Assembly: GCA_019359235.1 (NCBI GenBank)
Contig: JAHHHT010000012.1
Coordinates: forward strand, 131,648-195,647
DNA length: 64,000 nucleotides
Direction of reading: 5' to 3'
Source of the DNA: Oscillatoria princeps RMCB-10
GTDB taxonomy: Bacteria; Cyanobacteriota; Cyanobacteriia; Cyanobacteriales; Oscillatoriaceae
Shown here piece by piece: positions 30,119-41,869 of the stretch (the first letter of the stretch is position 1; each line of letters begins with the position of its first letter). Both the position numbers and the translations under genes were made by a program. The notes below the pieces were generated by a model, which was given only the letters and a program-made list of their open reading frames with translations, did no database searches and was not told where the DNA came from.

Positions 30119-30298
30119 ATGCACGCAAAACAGGAAATCCGCTGCCCCAACTGCGGCAGTCATGCTGAGCGCCACTATTTTGCCAGCACTGAGCTGACCC
30201 GGACTCAATGTCCCACCTGCGACTACTTGATGATTACCTGCTCCCGCACCGGCAGAGTCAGAGAAGCATACGCTCCGGGCATCTACGCCCGCAAGTAA
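30119..30298 (+). CDS. small zinc-ribbon protein (59 aa, two CxxC pairs), absent from ORF track
   Basis: ATG at 30119 with GAGAGG 9 nt upstream. MHAKQEIRCPNCGSH...CPTCDY...ARK*, stop at 30296-30298. Hand-translated. Confidence 0.5.
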   Translation: MHAKQEIRCPNCGSHAERHYFASTELTRTQCPTCDYLMITCSRTGRVREAYAPGIYARK

Positions 30299-30555
30299 GG
30301 AAGCCGGCGCAAAACACCGCCTCTGTCACAAGAAACCGTCACAGCCCTTCCGGATCGGGCTTGGGGAGTGGGGGCGGGGCGGGGGCGGGTTTGTCAAGCT
30401 CCTTCCCTGCGCCACAAATATGCTGTTAGGCTTTTAATCTGCTTGTTGGAGAAAGGAGGCAGTCGCAAAGGAACTGCGCACACCGCCACCAATGAAAACT
30501 GGCAAGGGCGGCGGACGATCCGGTAGGGCTAAAGCCCTACTACAAACCTGTTGCC

Positions 30556-31587
30556 TTAAGCCCGCGAAGCCCGCAATTGCCCGCAGGCGGCGTCAGCTTC
30601 CAAGCCGCGAGAATAGCGCACGCTCACAGCAACGCGGTGCTTCTTCAAGGCGGTGACAAAGGCTTCAATCCGCTCGCGGCTGGGGCGCTGGTAGTCAGCT
30701 TCGCTGATGGGATTGTAGGGAATCAGATTGACGTGACTCTGGAAACCCCGCACCAGAGCGGCGAGTTCTACTGCGTGTTGCGGGAGATCGCTCACACCGG
30801 CAAGCAGAATATATTCAAACGTCAGCCGGCGACCGGTTAGCTTGACATATTCCCGACATTCTGCTATTAACTCGTTTAAGGGATAAGCGCTGGCGCTGGG
30901 AATCAGCTTTTCCCGCAGCGCCTGATTGGAGGCGTGCAGGCTGACGGCTAGGGTGAATTGCAGTTTGTGTTGTGCCAGCTTGCGGATGCGATTGCGAATT
31001 CCCACCGTGGAAATGGTGATATTTCGCTGCCCAATTCCGATATCTTCGTTGATAGAGCGAACAGCTGCTAGAACACTTTCTGCATTGAGCAAAGGTTCGC
31101 CCATGCCCATGAAGACAATGTGGCTGACGCGCCGGCCAAAGTCTTCTTGAACCGTCAGCACCTGATCGACAATTTCATGGGCAGCCAGATTGCGCTTGAA
31201 GCCACCCTTGCCGGTGGCGCAGAAGTCGCACGCCATCGGGCAGCCAACCTGGGAAGACACGCACACCGTGAGGCGCTTGTCTGTGGGGATGCCGACGGTT
31301 TCCACAATCATACCATCTGCCAGCTTGAGGAGATATTTGACAGTGCCGTCTGGGGCAACTGAGCGGTAGTGTGTGGCTGACCGGCCAATAGGGACACCGG
31401 CCAGAGTTTCCCGCCACTGTTTGGGGAAAACGGTAATATCCGCCAGCGAGCGAGCGCCTTTTTCATAGATCCACTGGTACAGCTGCTGACCCCGGTAAGC
31501 CGGTTGCCCCTGCTGCTGCGCCCATTCGGTTAATTCTGCCAGAGTTGCCCCCAAGAGCGGGGTCGAAGATGTTTGAACTGCTAACAT
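30556..31587 (-). CDS. rlmN: 23S rRNA (adenine2503-C2)/tRNA methyltransferase RlmN, radical SAM
   Basis: [11 protein letters not shown] radical-SAM motif. GMGEPLLN. C-terminal catalytic Cys. Confidence 0.9.
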   Translation of the reverse strand: MLAVQTSSTPLLGATLAELTEWAQQQGQPAYRGQQLYQWIYEKGARSLADITVFPKQWRETLAGVPIGRSATHYRSVAPDGTVKYLLKLADGMIVETVGIPTDKRLTVCVSSQVGCPMACDFCATGKGGFKRNLAAHEIVDQVLTVQEDFGRRVSHIVFMGMGEPLLNAESVLAAVRSINEDIGIGQRNITISTVGIRNRIRKLAQHKLQFTLAVSLHASNQALREKLIPSASAYPLNELIAECREYVKLTGRRLTFEYILLAGVSDLPQHAVELAALVRGFQSHVNLIPYNPISEADYQRPSRERIEAFVTALKKHRVAVSVRYSRGLEADAACGQLRASRA

Positions 31588-31658
31588 AGAAGTTTGCCGG
31601 CTAGTGCTTCATTTACATGATGGCATTTTCAGCCAAAAGCCGGTCAATTAACCCCACT

Positions 31659-34600
31659 TCAGACTTTCTTAACTGTTTGCCTAATGGGAATCTCAATCCA
31701 AAACTCCGCACCTTGTCCGGGCTCAGACACACACTTGAGCCGTCCGCCGTGCTTGTCGGCGACAATTTGATAGCTGATGGACAGTCCCAAGCCGGTGCCC
31801 TCACCCACAGGTTTAGTGGTGAAAAAGGGGTCAAATATCCGCAATCTTGCTGATTCGGGAATGCCTGGCCCATTGTCCTCGATCGCGATTGCCACCCAAT
31901 TATTCTCCACAGCCCGTTGGGTGCGAATGGTGATGGTACTGGGATTCTTTTTCAGCTCTTCTCGAGAGCGCTCCCTGTCGCGCTCCTGAAGAGCGTCAAT
32001 GGAATTGTTCAGGAGATTCATAAACACCTGATTCAGCTGGCCGGCATAGCACTCAACTTCTGGCAAATCGCCGTATTCCCTGACGATTTGAATGCCCGGC
32101 TGGTCTGGCTTAGCCTTGAGCCGGTTCTGCAAAATCAGCAGACTGCTCTCAATTCCCTCATGAATATTCACCGGCTTCATTTCCGCTTCGTCAAGCCGGG
32201 AGAAATTGCGCAGCGTCAGGACAATCTGGCGGATGCGCTCAGCCCCAACTTTCATCGAAGACAGCGTTTTGGGTAAATCCTCAACCAGGAAATCCAGTTC
32301 AATCTCTTCAATCAAGTCTTGAATTTCCGGGTCTGGGTTGGGATAGCGCTCCTGGTAGAGGTTGATTAAAGCCAGCAAGTCCTGAGCGTAGTCATCGGCG
32401 TGAGTGATGTTGCCATAGATAAAATTAACGGGGTTATTAATCTCGTGGGCGACACCGGCAACCAGCTGTCCGAGACTGGACATTTTCTCAGTCTGAATCA
32501 GTTGAGTTTGGGTTTGCTGGATCTGTTGCAGCGCTTGTTCCAGTTGCTTGGCTTGAGCCGCAGCCGCTTCAGCAGCAGACTGGCTCTGCTGGTAGAGCTC
32601 TGCTTGCTGAATGGCGATTGCAGCTTGGTTCGCTAATTGTTGCAATAGTTCAATTTCTGCCGGCTGCCAAACCCTGGGAGCAGAGCACTCGTGAGCGATC
32701 AGCAGCCCCCAGAGGAGATAATCGATGCGAACCGGCACGACAAGATTGGCTTGAATTCCCAGGTTCAGCAAAAACTTTTTGTGACAGGGATGCAAATCTG
32801 ACTCAGCGATGCTGTCAACCGCTTTCACTCGCCCGTAGCTGTAAAGGCGGGCGTACTCTGTCGGGAAGCACTCATCCGCATACACGTCTCCCTGAAGTAA
32901 TTTCCAGCGCCCATTTACCGCTTCCACCACCACTTCGCCTTGCCAGTCTCGCGTGAACTGGTAAATCACCACCCGATCAGTGTTAAGTAGGGCGAGGACT
33001 TCTCGCACGATAGTTTGCAGGATAGTCTTTAAATCTAAAGTCCTGCGGATTTGGTCTGTAATTTGTGTGAGAACCCGGTCAGATTCCACAGACTGCATCA
33101 ATTGCGCCTGAGCCTGCCGCAGTTCCTGAAGCGTTTTCTCTAATTCTAGAGCTTGCGCTGTGGCCGTAGCCGCCAGTTGCTCTTTAAGCTGCAATGCTTG
33201 CCAGAGTTCGGCTTCCGCTCGCACGCGCCCGGTGATGTCGCGCAGGATAGCAACATATTCTTGCTGCTTTCGATTCCTTCTGTGCGAGAGCGTTATTTCA
33301 ATGATGCGATCCGGGCTAAATGTCCGCTCGCTCCGCTTTGGCCATTGCTCAATATCCACCGGCAACTCAGAAAAGAAATGGTTCAGGCGACTCCCAATCA
33401 GTTGAGGGATGTCTGTGCGGAAAAGTGTTTCAGCCGCCCGGTTGGCTTGCTGGATCGCACCGCTTGCATCGAGCACGAGGACGGTATCCGGAACGGTGTC
33501 GAGGGCCGCAATAAACAGACTTTCAGCCCGCTCTCGCGCTTCGGCAATCGCCGCAACTTGGGGCAAGCTCGTCCAGCAGGCGATGGCGATGGCAACAAAG
33601 GCAATCGTTAGGAGAACAACGACCAGCAGATCGCTGCGGGGGGGTAGAGAGGATCTGTCTAATAGAGCTCTGAGAACCCAGCCTGCGGTGGCAGCGCTGC
33701 AGACCAATACAATCAGAACGACCACCTGCAGCACCAAAAAATCTTTGAACTTGCCGGTGGTTGGCGCAACTGTTCTCCGCACCCACCATGCTGGGTGGAA
33801 GGGTGGGAAGGAAATGCGGCGAATTGCGGCATCAAAAGCCAAAAAAGCGAGAGGGAAAAGCAGCCCTGCAGCTAAGTCTTGCCAGCTCCAGCCCAAGCCT
33901 ACCATGACTAGAAGTGTGGCATCGACTGCGAACAAGCCAAGGGACAGCCACCCCCACCGCACTTCTTGTGAGCGCCGGCGCAGCCAAAGTCCCAGATGAA
34001 ATGCCATCAGAGCTGCCATGTAGCCGGCACCGCTGATGGTGGCGAACCGGGTCACATCTCCCGAAACCAGAGCGAGCAGATTGATGCAAAGTCCGAGTGC
34101 GAGCGCCGGTTGCAGTGCGCCCTGTGGGGAGACAATCTGGAATAGGGGTGAAACGTATCCGTCTAGGGAGAGTTGGTACAAAATGCGCGGAGCGTTGGCA
34201 ACCGAAGTGGCGGCAATCAGCAGGCAGCTTGAGGCTAGCAGGAGGGTGACGGGCAGTGTGGCTGAGGTGCCCCAGAACGGTGCCGCAGCGGCTACTAGGT
34301 GGAAGTAGGGGTTGTCGCCCAGTCCGGGGGAGGTGGCTAGCCGCGCCAGCACCCAGGAGCTACCGAGAAACACCGGCGGAATTAGCCAGGCTACTGAGGA
34401 AAGAATTCGCAATGTTTCGCCCGGTTGCCTGCTGTCGGCGACAAAAGAAGAAGCCGTCTCGCAGGCGCAGGTGGTGTAAATCGCGAAGAAAAACCACTTC
34501 AGCCACTCACGAAAGGTTAAGGGCGGTAAACTGGTGGGGAAAAATCCGGGGCTGTCCGGAGAGAAGGCTAGCCAGCCCAAGCCTTGAATGCAAAACACCA

Positions 34601-35129
34601 GCAGGAATCCAACTGCCGGTAACATGAAAAAGGCGTGCAGGATGCCTAAGGTGCGGGTGCCGCTAAACGCTACAATATAAGCGATTGAGGCGAAGCCAAT
34701 TTTTAGAACCGTTTCGGGACAGTAGACGCCCCAGGGCTCCAGGTTGGCTTTGACGATATCTGTGAGGATGAAGGCGGTGGCTGACGGATAGGCTGCCCAG
34801 GCGAGGAAGTAGGCGATCGCTGCGTAGCGCCCCAGACTGGGATGGTCGCTCAGCAATCGGGTGATATAGTTTGGCGTTCCTCCTGACATCTCTGGCCACT
34901 GCTCCCCCAAGCGTTTCACTTGCAGGTTGAGCAGCACGCCGGCGATTACTGCCGGCAGCCACACGAAAATAGCACTTGCTCCCAGCGCCGCGTGGATTGC
35001 CGGTGCGGTGGTTACCCATCCCAGAAGGCCGGTGAGTCCGAATCCCCAGGTTTCCAGGGCGCTCAGGCTGCGGGGGAGGCGGATTGTCCCCGGCTGACTG
35101 CCCACACCCATTACAGGCTGACTAAGCAT
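31659..35129 (-). CDS. sensor histidine kinase: APC-permease-like 12-TM domain + PAS + GAF + HisKA + HATPase
   Basis: N-terminal membrane domain with TWGFGLTG and [14 protein letters not shown] (APC-like E...P..GG..Y). PAS, GAF, H-box [19 protein letters not shown]-boxes [11 protein letters not shown]. Confidence 0.8.
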   Translation of the reverse strand: MLSQPVMGVGSQPGTIRLPRSLSALETWGFGLTGLLGWVTTAPAIHAALGASAIFVWLPAVIAGVLLNLQVKRLGEQWPEMSGGTPNYITRLLSDHPSLGRYAAIAYFLAWAAYPSATAFILTDIVKANLEPWGVYCPETVLKIGFASIAYIVAFSGTRTLGILHAFFMLPAVGFLLVFCIQGLGWLAFSPDSPGFFPTSLPPLTFREWLKWFFFAIYTTCACETASSFVADSRQPGETLRILSSVAWLIPPVFLGSSWVLARLATSPGLGDNPYFHLVAAAAPFWGTSATLPVTLLLASSCLLIAATSVANAPRILYQLSLDGYVSPLFQIVSPQGALQPALALGLCINLLALVSGDVTRFATISGAGYMAALMAFHLGLWLRRRSQEVRWGWLSLGLFAVDATLLVMVGLGWSWQDLAAGLLFPLAFLAFDAAIRRISFPPFHPAWWVRRTVAPTTGKFKDFLVLQVVVLIVLVCSAATAGWVLRALLDRSSLPPRSDLLVVVLLTIAFVAIAIACWTSLPQVAAIAEARERAESLFIAALDTVPDTVLVLDASGAIQQANRAAETLFRTDIPQLIGSRLNHFFSELPVDIEQWPKRSERTFSPDRIIEITLSHRRNRKQQEYVAILRDITGRVRAEAELWQALQLKEQLAATATAQALELEKTLQELRQAQAQLMQSVESDRVLTQITDQIRRTLDLKTILQTIVREVLALLNTDRVVIYQFTRDWQGEVVVEAVNGRWKLLQGDVYADECFPTEYARLYSYGRVKAVDSIAESDLHPCHKKFLLNLGIQANLVVPVRIDYLLWGLLIAHECSAPRVWQPAEIELLQQLANQAAIAIQQAELYQQSQSAAEAAAAQAKQLEQALQQIQQTQTQLIQTEKMSSLGQLVAGVAHEINNPVNFIYGNITHADDYAQDLLALINLYQERYPNPDPEIQDLIEEIELDFLVEDLPKTLSSMKVGAERIRQIVLTLRNFSRLDEAEMKPVNIHEGIESSLLILQNRLKAKPDQPGIQIVREYGDLPEVECYAGQLNQVFMNLLNNSIDALQERDRERSREELKKNPSTITIRTQRAVENNWVAIAIEDNGPGIPESARLRIFDPFFTTKPVGEGTGLGLSISYQIVADKHGGRLKCVSEPGQGAEFWIEIPIRQTVKKV

Positions 35130-35378
35130 TTTAACTTAATATGGATTAAAAGCTTGATTAGTAGCTACTTTATCTTTTTCTGCTGCAAGATATTTATAAT
35201 TTTCTAACAAAGTTGAGCGTGCCGCAGACAAAGGGCAGCGTTTTCTCCCCCGCTGCCGGCTGCGCAAATCACTGACGCGCCTGTAATGCAAGTGACAGCG
35301 CTGCGCCCCAATTTGGAGAGCGCACCTGTCCGACTCCCGCAGGCGAGTAACCCAGACCTGGATCTGCCCAACAGCCAA

Positions 35379-36743
35379 TTAACTCGCCTTCAGCGCTGCG
35401 CGATCGCTCTGCACGATGGGAATATCAATCACAAACTCTACCCCCTGTCCGGGTTCCGAGCAACACCTCAACTGCCCGCCGTGCTTTTGCACAACAATAT
35501 CATAGCTGATGAACAGTCCCAAGCCGGTGCCTTCACCCACCGGCTTAGTGGTGAAATCAGGAGGGGTAAACAGGTGTCCCATGACATCCATATCCAACCC
35601 CGGCCCATTATCTTTGATACTGATTCTCACCCAATCCAGGTTCAGAACTTGGGTGCGAACAGTAATAACACTGGGCTGGTTTTTAATCTCGTCTGGGGAG
35701 CGTTTATTATTGTGCGGGTTCAGGGCGTCAATCGCATGGCTGAGGATATTCATAAATACCTGATTCAAAGCTCCGGCATAGCATTCGACTGGCGGCAAAT
35801 CACCGTATTCTTTGACAATTTGAATAGCGGGGCGGTCTGGTTTTGCCTTGAGACGGTTTTGCAAAATCACTAGGGTGCTGTCGATGCCCTCATGAATGCT
35901 GACCTGCTTCATTTCGGCTTCGTCAACCCGCGAGAAGGTGCGCAACGTGATCACAATCTGGCGGATGCGCTCAGCTCCCACTTTCATAGAGGACAGCATT
36001 TTGGGGAGATCCTCTATGATAAAATCAAGGTCAGTGTCCTCAATTAAAGCTTGGATTTTAGGGTCAGGGTTGGGATAGCACTGCTGGTACAGGTCGATTA
36101 AATCCAGGAGCTCCTGAGTGTAGTCACCCACATAGGTGAGGTTGCCGTAGATAAAGTTAACCGGGTTGTTAATTTCGTGGGCGACACCGGCAACCAGCTG
36201 CCCTAAGCTGGACATTTTCTCGGCCTGAATCAGCTGAGCTTGGGTGCGCTGCAAATCTTGCAAAACTCGTTGCAGCTGAATCGCTTTTTCTCGCTCTCGC
36301 GCTTCCGATTGCCGCAACTCCTCCTCTTTTTCTTGCCGCAGGCGCAGGTTTTCTTTCAGCTGTCGCACGCACTGCAGGGTTTTGTTGATAGTAATTTCTA
36401 AATCCTGAAAATCGATGGGCTTAGTCAGGAAGTCAAAAGCCCCGCAGTTCATCGCCTTTCTGATATTTGCCATGTCGCTATAGGCGGAGACTACCACTGT
36501 TTTGATCAGCGGATCTATCTCATTCAGTTTAGCCAGCAAAGTCAAACCATCCATAACCGGCATATTCAGGTCGGTCAGCACCATGTCCAGGTCGGGGTTA
36601 TCTCGCACCTTTTCCAGCGCTTCTGCGCCATTCCGCGCAAAAACCAGCTCCAATTCGCCGGTGCGAATCTTTTTTCTATATTTTTGGGAAATCAGAACTT
36701 CTAAATCCGGCTCGTCATCCACAAAGAGTATTTTAGCCGCCAC
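35379..36743 (-). CDS. hybrid response-regulator/histidine kinase (N-terminal REC + HisKA + HATPase)
   Basis: REC domain [13 protein letters not shown]...[10 protein letters not shown]-box [22 protein letters not shown]. Kinase core about 75% identical to that of 31659..35129. Confidence 0.85.
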   Translation of the reverse strand: MAAKILFVDDEPDLEVLISQKYRKKIRTGELELVFARNGAEALEKVRDNPDLDMVLTDLNMPVMDGLTLLAKLNEIDPLIKTVVVSAYSDMANIRKAMNCGAFDFLTKPIDFQDLEITINKTLQCVRQLKENLRLRQEKEEELRQSEAREREKAIQLQRVLQDLQRTQAQLIQAEKMSSLGQLVAGVAHEINNPVNFIYGNLTYVGDYTQELLDLIDLYQQCYPNPDPKIQALIEDTDLDFIIEDLPKMLSSMKVGAERIRQIVITLRTFSRVDEAEMKQVSIHEGIDSTLVILQNRLKAKPDRPAIQIVKEYGDLPPVECYAGALNQVFMNILSHAIDALNPHNNKRSPDEIKNQPSVITVRTQVLNLDWVRISIKDNGPGLDMDVMGHLFTPPDFTTKPVGEGTGLGLFISYDIVVQKHGGQLRCCSEPGQGVEFVIDIPIVQSDRAALKAS

Positions 36744-36884
36744 AGCCCGCCTCCTGTTTTCTATTTTATTAAAAAGTTAGCCGATCGGCGGGCCATTTAA
36801 ACCCGTAAAACTACCGAAGTTTTATGAATAATTCCGAACTGAACGGGACGAGCGAGGCCCGAAAAAGTCGGCGTATATTGGGGG

Positions 36885-37253
36885 CTACAAACTGAATATT
36901 TTTTGTTTCAGGCCCAAAAAGTTAACCGGCTTGGTAATATAGTCATCAGCCCCCAAAGCCATTGCTGTTTGGTAGTTTTGAGGGTCTTCGTAAGCGGTAA
37001 TCATAAAGATTTTTAAACTGGCGAACTCTTTTTTAATGATTTTGAGAAGTTCTAGCCCATTCATTCCCGGCATGTTAATGTCGGAGAGAATCAGCACAGC
37101 GGACGCTTCTCCCCGCTCGTGCAGGTAGTCTAGCGCCGCCTCCGCCGATAAGAAGAAAATAAATTCTACTTGACCGGCTTTGATTTCCTTTCTAAATCTT
37201 TGCTTGAACAGGAGTTGCATATCTTCCTCGTCGTCAACCACTATGACTTTCAT
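36885..37253 (-). CDS. single-domain CheY-like response regulator
   Basis: 122 aa. MKVIVVDDEED...DINMPGMNGLELL...ITKP. Confidence 0.85.
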   Translation of the reverse strand: MKVIVVDDEEDMQLLFKQRFRKEIKAGQVEFIFFLSAEAALDYLHERGEASAVLILSDINMPGMNGLELLKIIKKEFASLKIFMITAYEDPQNYQTAMALGADDYITKPVNFLGLKQKIFSL

Positions 37254-37355
37254 TTATTTCTCCCTCATATCGAGTTGAAATTGACAGGATTTTTACCGGA
37301 CAGCGAAAACTCCTGTCCGGAGAAAAAATCCACAATCCAAAATCCAAAATTCGGA

Positions 37356-40283
37356 TCACTCACGGGCTTGCTTTTTTGGTAAGATGATAATAAACTCTGC
37401 ATAACTGCCAGCTTCCGTTTCCACATTGAGTTCTCCTCTGTGCTGCTGCACGACAATATCGTGACTGATAGACAGACCCAAACCCGTCCCTTCTCCGGCT
37501 GGCTTTGTAGTAAAAAAGGGAGTGAAAAGTTTATCGCGCACCTCTGGCGTCATACCGGAGCCATTATCGCGAATGCGGATTTCAACGCGATCGCCCAGAT
37601 TTTTAGTCCGCACGCTCAGGAGCGGGGAAAATCCACCGCCCATTTCTTCTTTCCTTTTATGGGCTGCATAGCAAGCGTTGTTGATAATGTTCAGAAAAAC
37701 TCGGCCCATGTCTTGCGGGACGACTTCTACAGAGCCAATAGACTCGTCACAGCCGGTTTCTATGGTAATATTAAAGGAAGCCTCCTTGGCCCGCATCCCG
37801 TGATAGGCGAGATTGACATACTCCGCCAATAAACTGTTGATATCCGTCGCCTCCCACTGACCGCTTTTTCCGCGAGAGTGCAGCAGCATATTGCTGACGA
37901 TCCTGTCCGCTCTTTGACCGTGATGGTTGATTTTTTGCAGATTTTGTTTCAGGTCGTTTAAAATGTCGGCGATCAACTCACTTGTTTCGGTATCTAGCCG
38001 GTCGGCTTGATTTTCAATTTCTTCAAACAGTTCTTGGGCTAATTCAGCGGAAAGCTCGGAGAAATTGTTAACAAAGTTTAAGGGGTTCCTGATTTCGTGG
38101 GCGATGCCAGCTGTCAAACTTCCCAGAGAAGCCAGCTTTTCTTGCACGATAATCTGGTTTTGCATGGCTCGCAGATTCTCTTCGACCCGCCGGCGCTCTG
38201 TTATCTCCACCTGCAACTGCTCGACAGTCTGCCTGAGTTCAGATGTGCGCTCCTCAACTTTGATTTCTAGCTGCTCGTTAGCTTTTTGCAGCGCCTCCTG
38301 GGCTCGCACGCGCTCGGTAATGTCCCGCAGAATCACAACATATTCTTGCAGATCCCGATTGGTTTCCGAAGCGTTTTGGGAGAATCGGTCTGAGATGGCA
38401 ACTTCCAGGACAAGCGGATTTGACCCGTGCGGGTTGAGGGTTTGCTCGCACCGGCCCGGCCACTCATCGGGTTGATTTGCCAGTCCGGGCAGCAGTTGGT
38501 TCAGGTGACGCCCGGCCAGCTGGCCGGCGCTCACCCCGAAAAGGCGCTCAGCTGCAGGGTTAACCTGACGAATCATGCCATTTTCATCGAGTACGGCAAT
38601 CGCATCCAAGGCGATCTTAAATAGCTGCTCAGCCGCCTCTCGCGCTTCGTCCATCGAGACAACCTGAGGCAAGCTCGTCCAGCAGGCGATCGCCACCCCG
38701 ACAAATGCCACACCATGAATCAGCACCAGCAATAAATTATAGTTAACGCTGGGGACCGCATTGAATTTGAGGCCCAAAACCCAGCCGGCAGTAACGGCGC
38801 TGCAGACCAGCAAGATCAGAACTGTCACCTGAAGGGCCACAAAATCTTCTATCGGTTTCTTGGGCCTTTGCCGGTAGCCCTGAATCCACCAAGCTGCATG
38901 AAAGGGCGCAAAGGGAAGGCGGCGCATCGCCGCATCCGCCGCCAAAATAGCGAGGGGAAACAGGAACCCTGTGAGAAAGTTTTTCCAGCCCCAAGCAAAG
39001 CCCCCAACGAACAGGACAGCCACCTCCACCAAAAAGAAGCCCAAGGACAGCCAAGGCCACCGCACCTCTGGCCTGCCCCGGCGCAGCCACAGTCCCAAAT
39101 GGAGGGCCATGAAAGACACCAGCCAGCAAGTATTGGTTATTGCCACGATTTGCGAGACATTTCCCCAAATCAGACAGATCAGATTCAGGCACAAGGTAAA
39201 CACCAGGGCCGGTCCGAGTACGCCCCGTCGCGACACAACGGCGAACACGGATGACAGGTGTCCGTCAAGGCTGAGTTGGTACAAAATGCGGGGGCAATTG
39301 GAAACTGCGGTGGCGCAACTGAGAAGGAAACTGGCAGAGAGCAGGAATGTGACAGTTGAGGAAGCTGACTTGCCCCAGAACGGTTTAGAGGCTGCTAGCA
39401 GATTTAAGAACGTGTCCTCCCCCAGTCCAGGCTCGGTAGCTAAACGCATCAGCACCCAAGATCCGCCGAGAAACACCGGCGGAATCAGCCAAGCGGCAAC
39501 AGTCAGAAAGCGCAGGGTTTCAGCAGGGCGTTTGCTGTCGCCGACAAACGAGGAAGCGGTTTCGCCAGCGTAGGTAGCGTAGGTAACAAAGAAAAACCAC
39601 TTGGCCCACTCCACAAAGGTGAGAGGCGATGAACTGCTGGGAAAAAAGCCCGGGCTAGATGGGGAGAAAGCTAACCAGCCCAAACCTTGCAGGCAAAACA
39701 GCAGCAGGAGTCCGAACGCCGGGATGACGAAACATAAATGCAGGATGCTCAAAGCGCGGGTGCCGCTAAACGCCACAATAAAGACGACTGCCACAAAGCC
39801 AATTTTCATCAGCGTATCGGGACAGGCGACACCCAAAGGCTCCAGGTTCCTCTGAATCAGCTTGGTCAGGATGATGGCGGCCACCGGCACATTCGATATC
39901 CAGCTAATGTAATATCCCAGAGCCGCATAGCGGGCAAGCCCTGGAGAGCTCTTCAGCAACCGCGCGGCATAGTTGGGCGTTCCCCCGGCCATTTCGGGCC
40001 AATTTTCGCCCAGGCGTTTCACTTGCAGGTTTAGCAAGATGCCGACGATCGCCCCAGGCAACCAGACGAATACGGCATTAGGCCCAAGAGCGGCGTGGAT
40101 CGCTGGAGCGATACTGGGCCATATAACGTGACCGGTTAGACCAAAGCCCCAGGTTTCCAGGGGAGTGAGGGTTCGCTGCAGGCGCATCAGCGACCTCTCC
40201 TTGAGATTCCTGCCCGGGAAAGGTTGAGACTGTTGTGAGTGGGAGCCGGCTGCCGGCTCGTGTCGGGTTTCTGGCACCATCAC
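37356..40283 (-). CDS. sensor histidine kinase: APC-permease-like membrane domain + PAS + HisKA + HATPase (paralogue of 31659..35129)
   Basis: [10 protein letters not shown]...GENWPEMAGGTPNY in the N-terminal membrane domain. H-box [24 protein letters not shown]. The start is probably MRLQRTL. Confidence 0.8.
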   Translation of the reverse strand: MMVPETRHEPAAGSHSQQSQPFPGRNLKERSLMRLQRTLTPLETWGFGLTGHVIWPSIAPAIHAALGPNAVFVWLPGAIVGILLNLQVKRLGENWPEMAGGTPNYAARLLKSSPGLARYAALGYYISWISNVPVAAIILTKLIQRNLEPLGVACPDTLMKIGFVAVVFIVAFSGTRALSILHLCFVIPAFGLLLLFCLQGLGWLAFSPSSPGFFPSSSSPLTFVEWAKWFFFVTYATYAGETASSFVGDSKRPAETLRFLTVAAWLIPPVFLGGSWVLMRLATEPGLGEDTFLNLLAASKPFWGKSASSTVTFLLSASFLLSCATAVSNCPRILYQLSLDGHLSSVFAVVSRRGVLGPALVFTLCLNLICLIWGNVSQIVAITNTCWLVSFMALHLGLWLRRGRPEVRWPWLSLGFFLVEVAVLFVGGFAWGWKNFLTGFLFPLAILAADAAMRRLPFAPFHAAWWIQGYRQRPKKPIEDFVALQVTVLILLVCSAVTAGWVLGLKFNAVPSVNYNLLLVLIHGVAFVGVAIACWTSLPQVVSMDEAREAAEQLFKIALDAIAVLDENGMIRQVNPAAERLFGVSAGQLAGRHLNQLLPGLANQPDEWPGRCEQTLNPHGSNPLVLEVAISDRFSQNASETNRDLQEYVVILRDITERVRAQEALQKANEQLEIKVEERTSELRQTVEQLQVEITERRRVEENLRAMQNQIIVQEKLASLGSLTAGIAHEIRNPLNFVNNFSELSAELAQELFEEIENQADRLDTETSELIADILNDLKQNLQKINHHGQRADRIVSNMLLHSRGKSGQWEATDINSLLAEYVNLAYHGMRAKEASFNITIETGCDESIGSVEVVPQDMGRVFLNIINNACYAAHKRKEEMGGGFSPLLSVRTKNLGDRVEIRIRDNGSGMTPEVRDKLFTPFFTTKPAGEGTGLGLSISHDIVVQQHRGELNVETEAGSYAEFIIILPKKQARE

Positions 40284-40542
40284 TTTTATATCCCGTGTTC
40301 AGTGGTTCGCAGCTCGCACCCAGGCGGGGAAACAGACGGCTTCAACCTCTCAAGGGTTAAGATGCCGGTTGCTGTTAGCATCTGCTCTCTGGCACAGGCG
40401 GGACGCTTGTGCGGTTCGGTGGCAGCGTCAGGATTCATTTTTGAGGTTTAGAATTCCCTCTCGCTGTTTCCTGCGTAACAGTTCAATCCCTATTTTGGCT
40501 GCCGGCACAACTTTAAAAAAAAAATTAACATTTTTTTAGCAT

Positions 40543-40780
40543 GTCTTCTTCTCGTTTGAACAACAAACTTAATAATGGGCATTAGCCCAACTACAAACCG
40601 AGCCCCGAGAGCTGGCCATATCCCCGCTCTTTGGATTGCAAAAGGGCCGGCCTGCGGGCTTGTCTTCTTCTCGTTTGAGCAACAAACTTAATAATGGGCT
40701 AAAGCCCAACTACAAACAGCTTGTCTTCTTCTCGTTTGAGCAACAAACTTAATAATGGGCTAAAGCCCAACTACAAACGG
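40543..40780. repeat. three copies of a 58-bp direct repeat upstream of lgt (copies 2 and 3 abutting)
   Basis: tgtcttcttctcgtttga(a/g)caacaaacttaataatgggc(at/ta)agcccaactacaaac at 40543-40600, 40662-40720 and 40722-40780. Confidence 0.8.
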
Positions 40781-40891
40781 CACGACGGCAGCAGCCAGCC
40801 GGTAAACTGTGAGAAGCTAGCCGCTTTTGTTGCCCCATCCGCGATTCGCCGGGAGCGCACGCGCACCCGAAGCCGTTTAAAATCAACATTT

Positions 40892-41791
40892 ATGGATATT
40901 CCCACCCTACCGTTAGCGTTTCAATTCGCCTCCCCAGGGCCAATAATCTTCAACCTGGGGCCACTGGTCATCCGCTGGTATGGCCTCTTGATTGCCTCAG
41001 CGGTGCTGCTTGGCATCACCCTTTCCCAGTACCTGGCGTCCCGCCGGCACCTGAAGCCAGAACTGCTGGGCGACTTGGCCATCTGGCTAGTCTTGGCCGC
41101 CATTCCTTGCGCCCGAATCTACTATGTGCTGTTTCAGTGGGCCGACTACGCCAAAAACCCGGGCGACATCATTGCGATTTGGAAAGGCGGCATTGCCATT
41201 CACGGTGCCATTCTCGGCGGCACCGCCGCCACCTTAATATTTGCCCGCATCCAGAAAATTGCCTTCTGGCAATTAGCAGATTTAGTCGCCCCCTCCGTGA
41301 TTTTGGGTCAAGCCATTGGCCGGTGGGGAAATTTCTTCAATTCAGAAGCCTTTGGGGGTCCCACGAATCTGCCGTGGAAACTCTATATCCCCCCCAGCAA
41401 CCGCCCCCTTGAGTACATCAATTTCGACTACTTCCATCCCACTTTTCTCTACGAATCCCTGTGGGATTTGATGGTGTTTGGCTTGCTGCTCGCCCTATTC
41501 TTTCGCGATTTGAAGGGGAAGCTGCGCCTGAAAACCGGCACCTTGTTTCTAGTTTACATGGCGGCTTACAGCTCAGGTCGATTTTGGATTGAAGGATTGA
41601 GAACCGACAGCTTGATGCTCGGGCCGCTGCGCATGGCCCAGACGGTCAGCCTAGCCGGCATTGTTTTGGGGTTAGCCGGTTTGGTGTGGCTTTACCTCCT
41701 CCACCGGCCTCTGCCAGATGTTGTCCCAGCCGACCGGCAGCAGCAGGATTATCGCTCCGAGTCTGCCGGTCCGCCCAACAATTCTCCGTAA
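40892..41791 (+). CDS. lgt: prolipoprotein diacylglyceryl transferase
   Basis: Lgt motifs [27 protein letters not shown]. Track ORF start 40721 only translates the upstream repeat; the in-frame ATG at 40892 ([10 protein letters not shown]) fits the Lgt N-terminus. Confidence 0.85.
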   Translation: MDIPTLPLAFQFASPGPIIFNLGPLVIRWYGLLIASAVLLGITLSQYLASRRHLKPELLGDLAIWLVLAAIPCARIYYVLFQWADYAKNPGDIIAIWKGGIAIHGAILGGTAATLIFARIQKIAFWQLADLVAPSVILGQAIGRWGNFFNSEAFGGPTNLPWKLYIPPSNRPLEYINFDYFHPTFLYESLWDLMVFGLLLALFFRDLKGKLRLKTGTLFLVYMAAYSSGRFWIEGLRTDSLMLGPLRMAQTVSLAGIVLGLAGLVWLYLLHRPLPDVVPADRQQQDYRSESAGPPNNSP

Positions 41792-41869
41792 AGGCATTTT
41801 AGATTTTAGAGTTTAGATTTTAGATTTTAGATTAAATTTACTTTTTAGGCTCTGAAATCTAAAATCTGA

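Noticed and set aside
40543-40780. Possible CRISPR array
   Set aside because: Only three 58-bp copies. Two are directly adjacent with no spacer, the unit is too long, and no cas genes are nearby. It is a plain direct-repeat cluster.
40721-40891. N-terminal 57 codons of the annotated lgt ORF
   Set aside because: They translate repeat copy 3. The Lgt-homologous sequence begins at the in-frame ATG at 40892.
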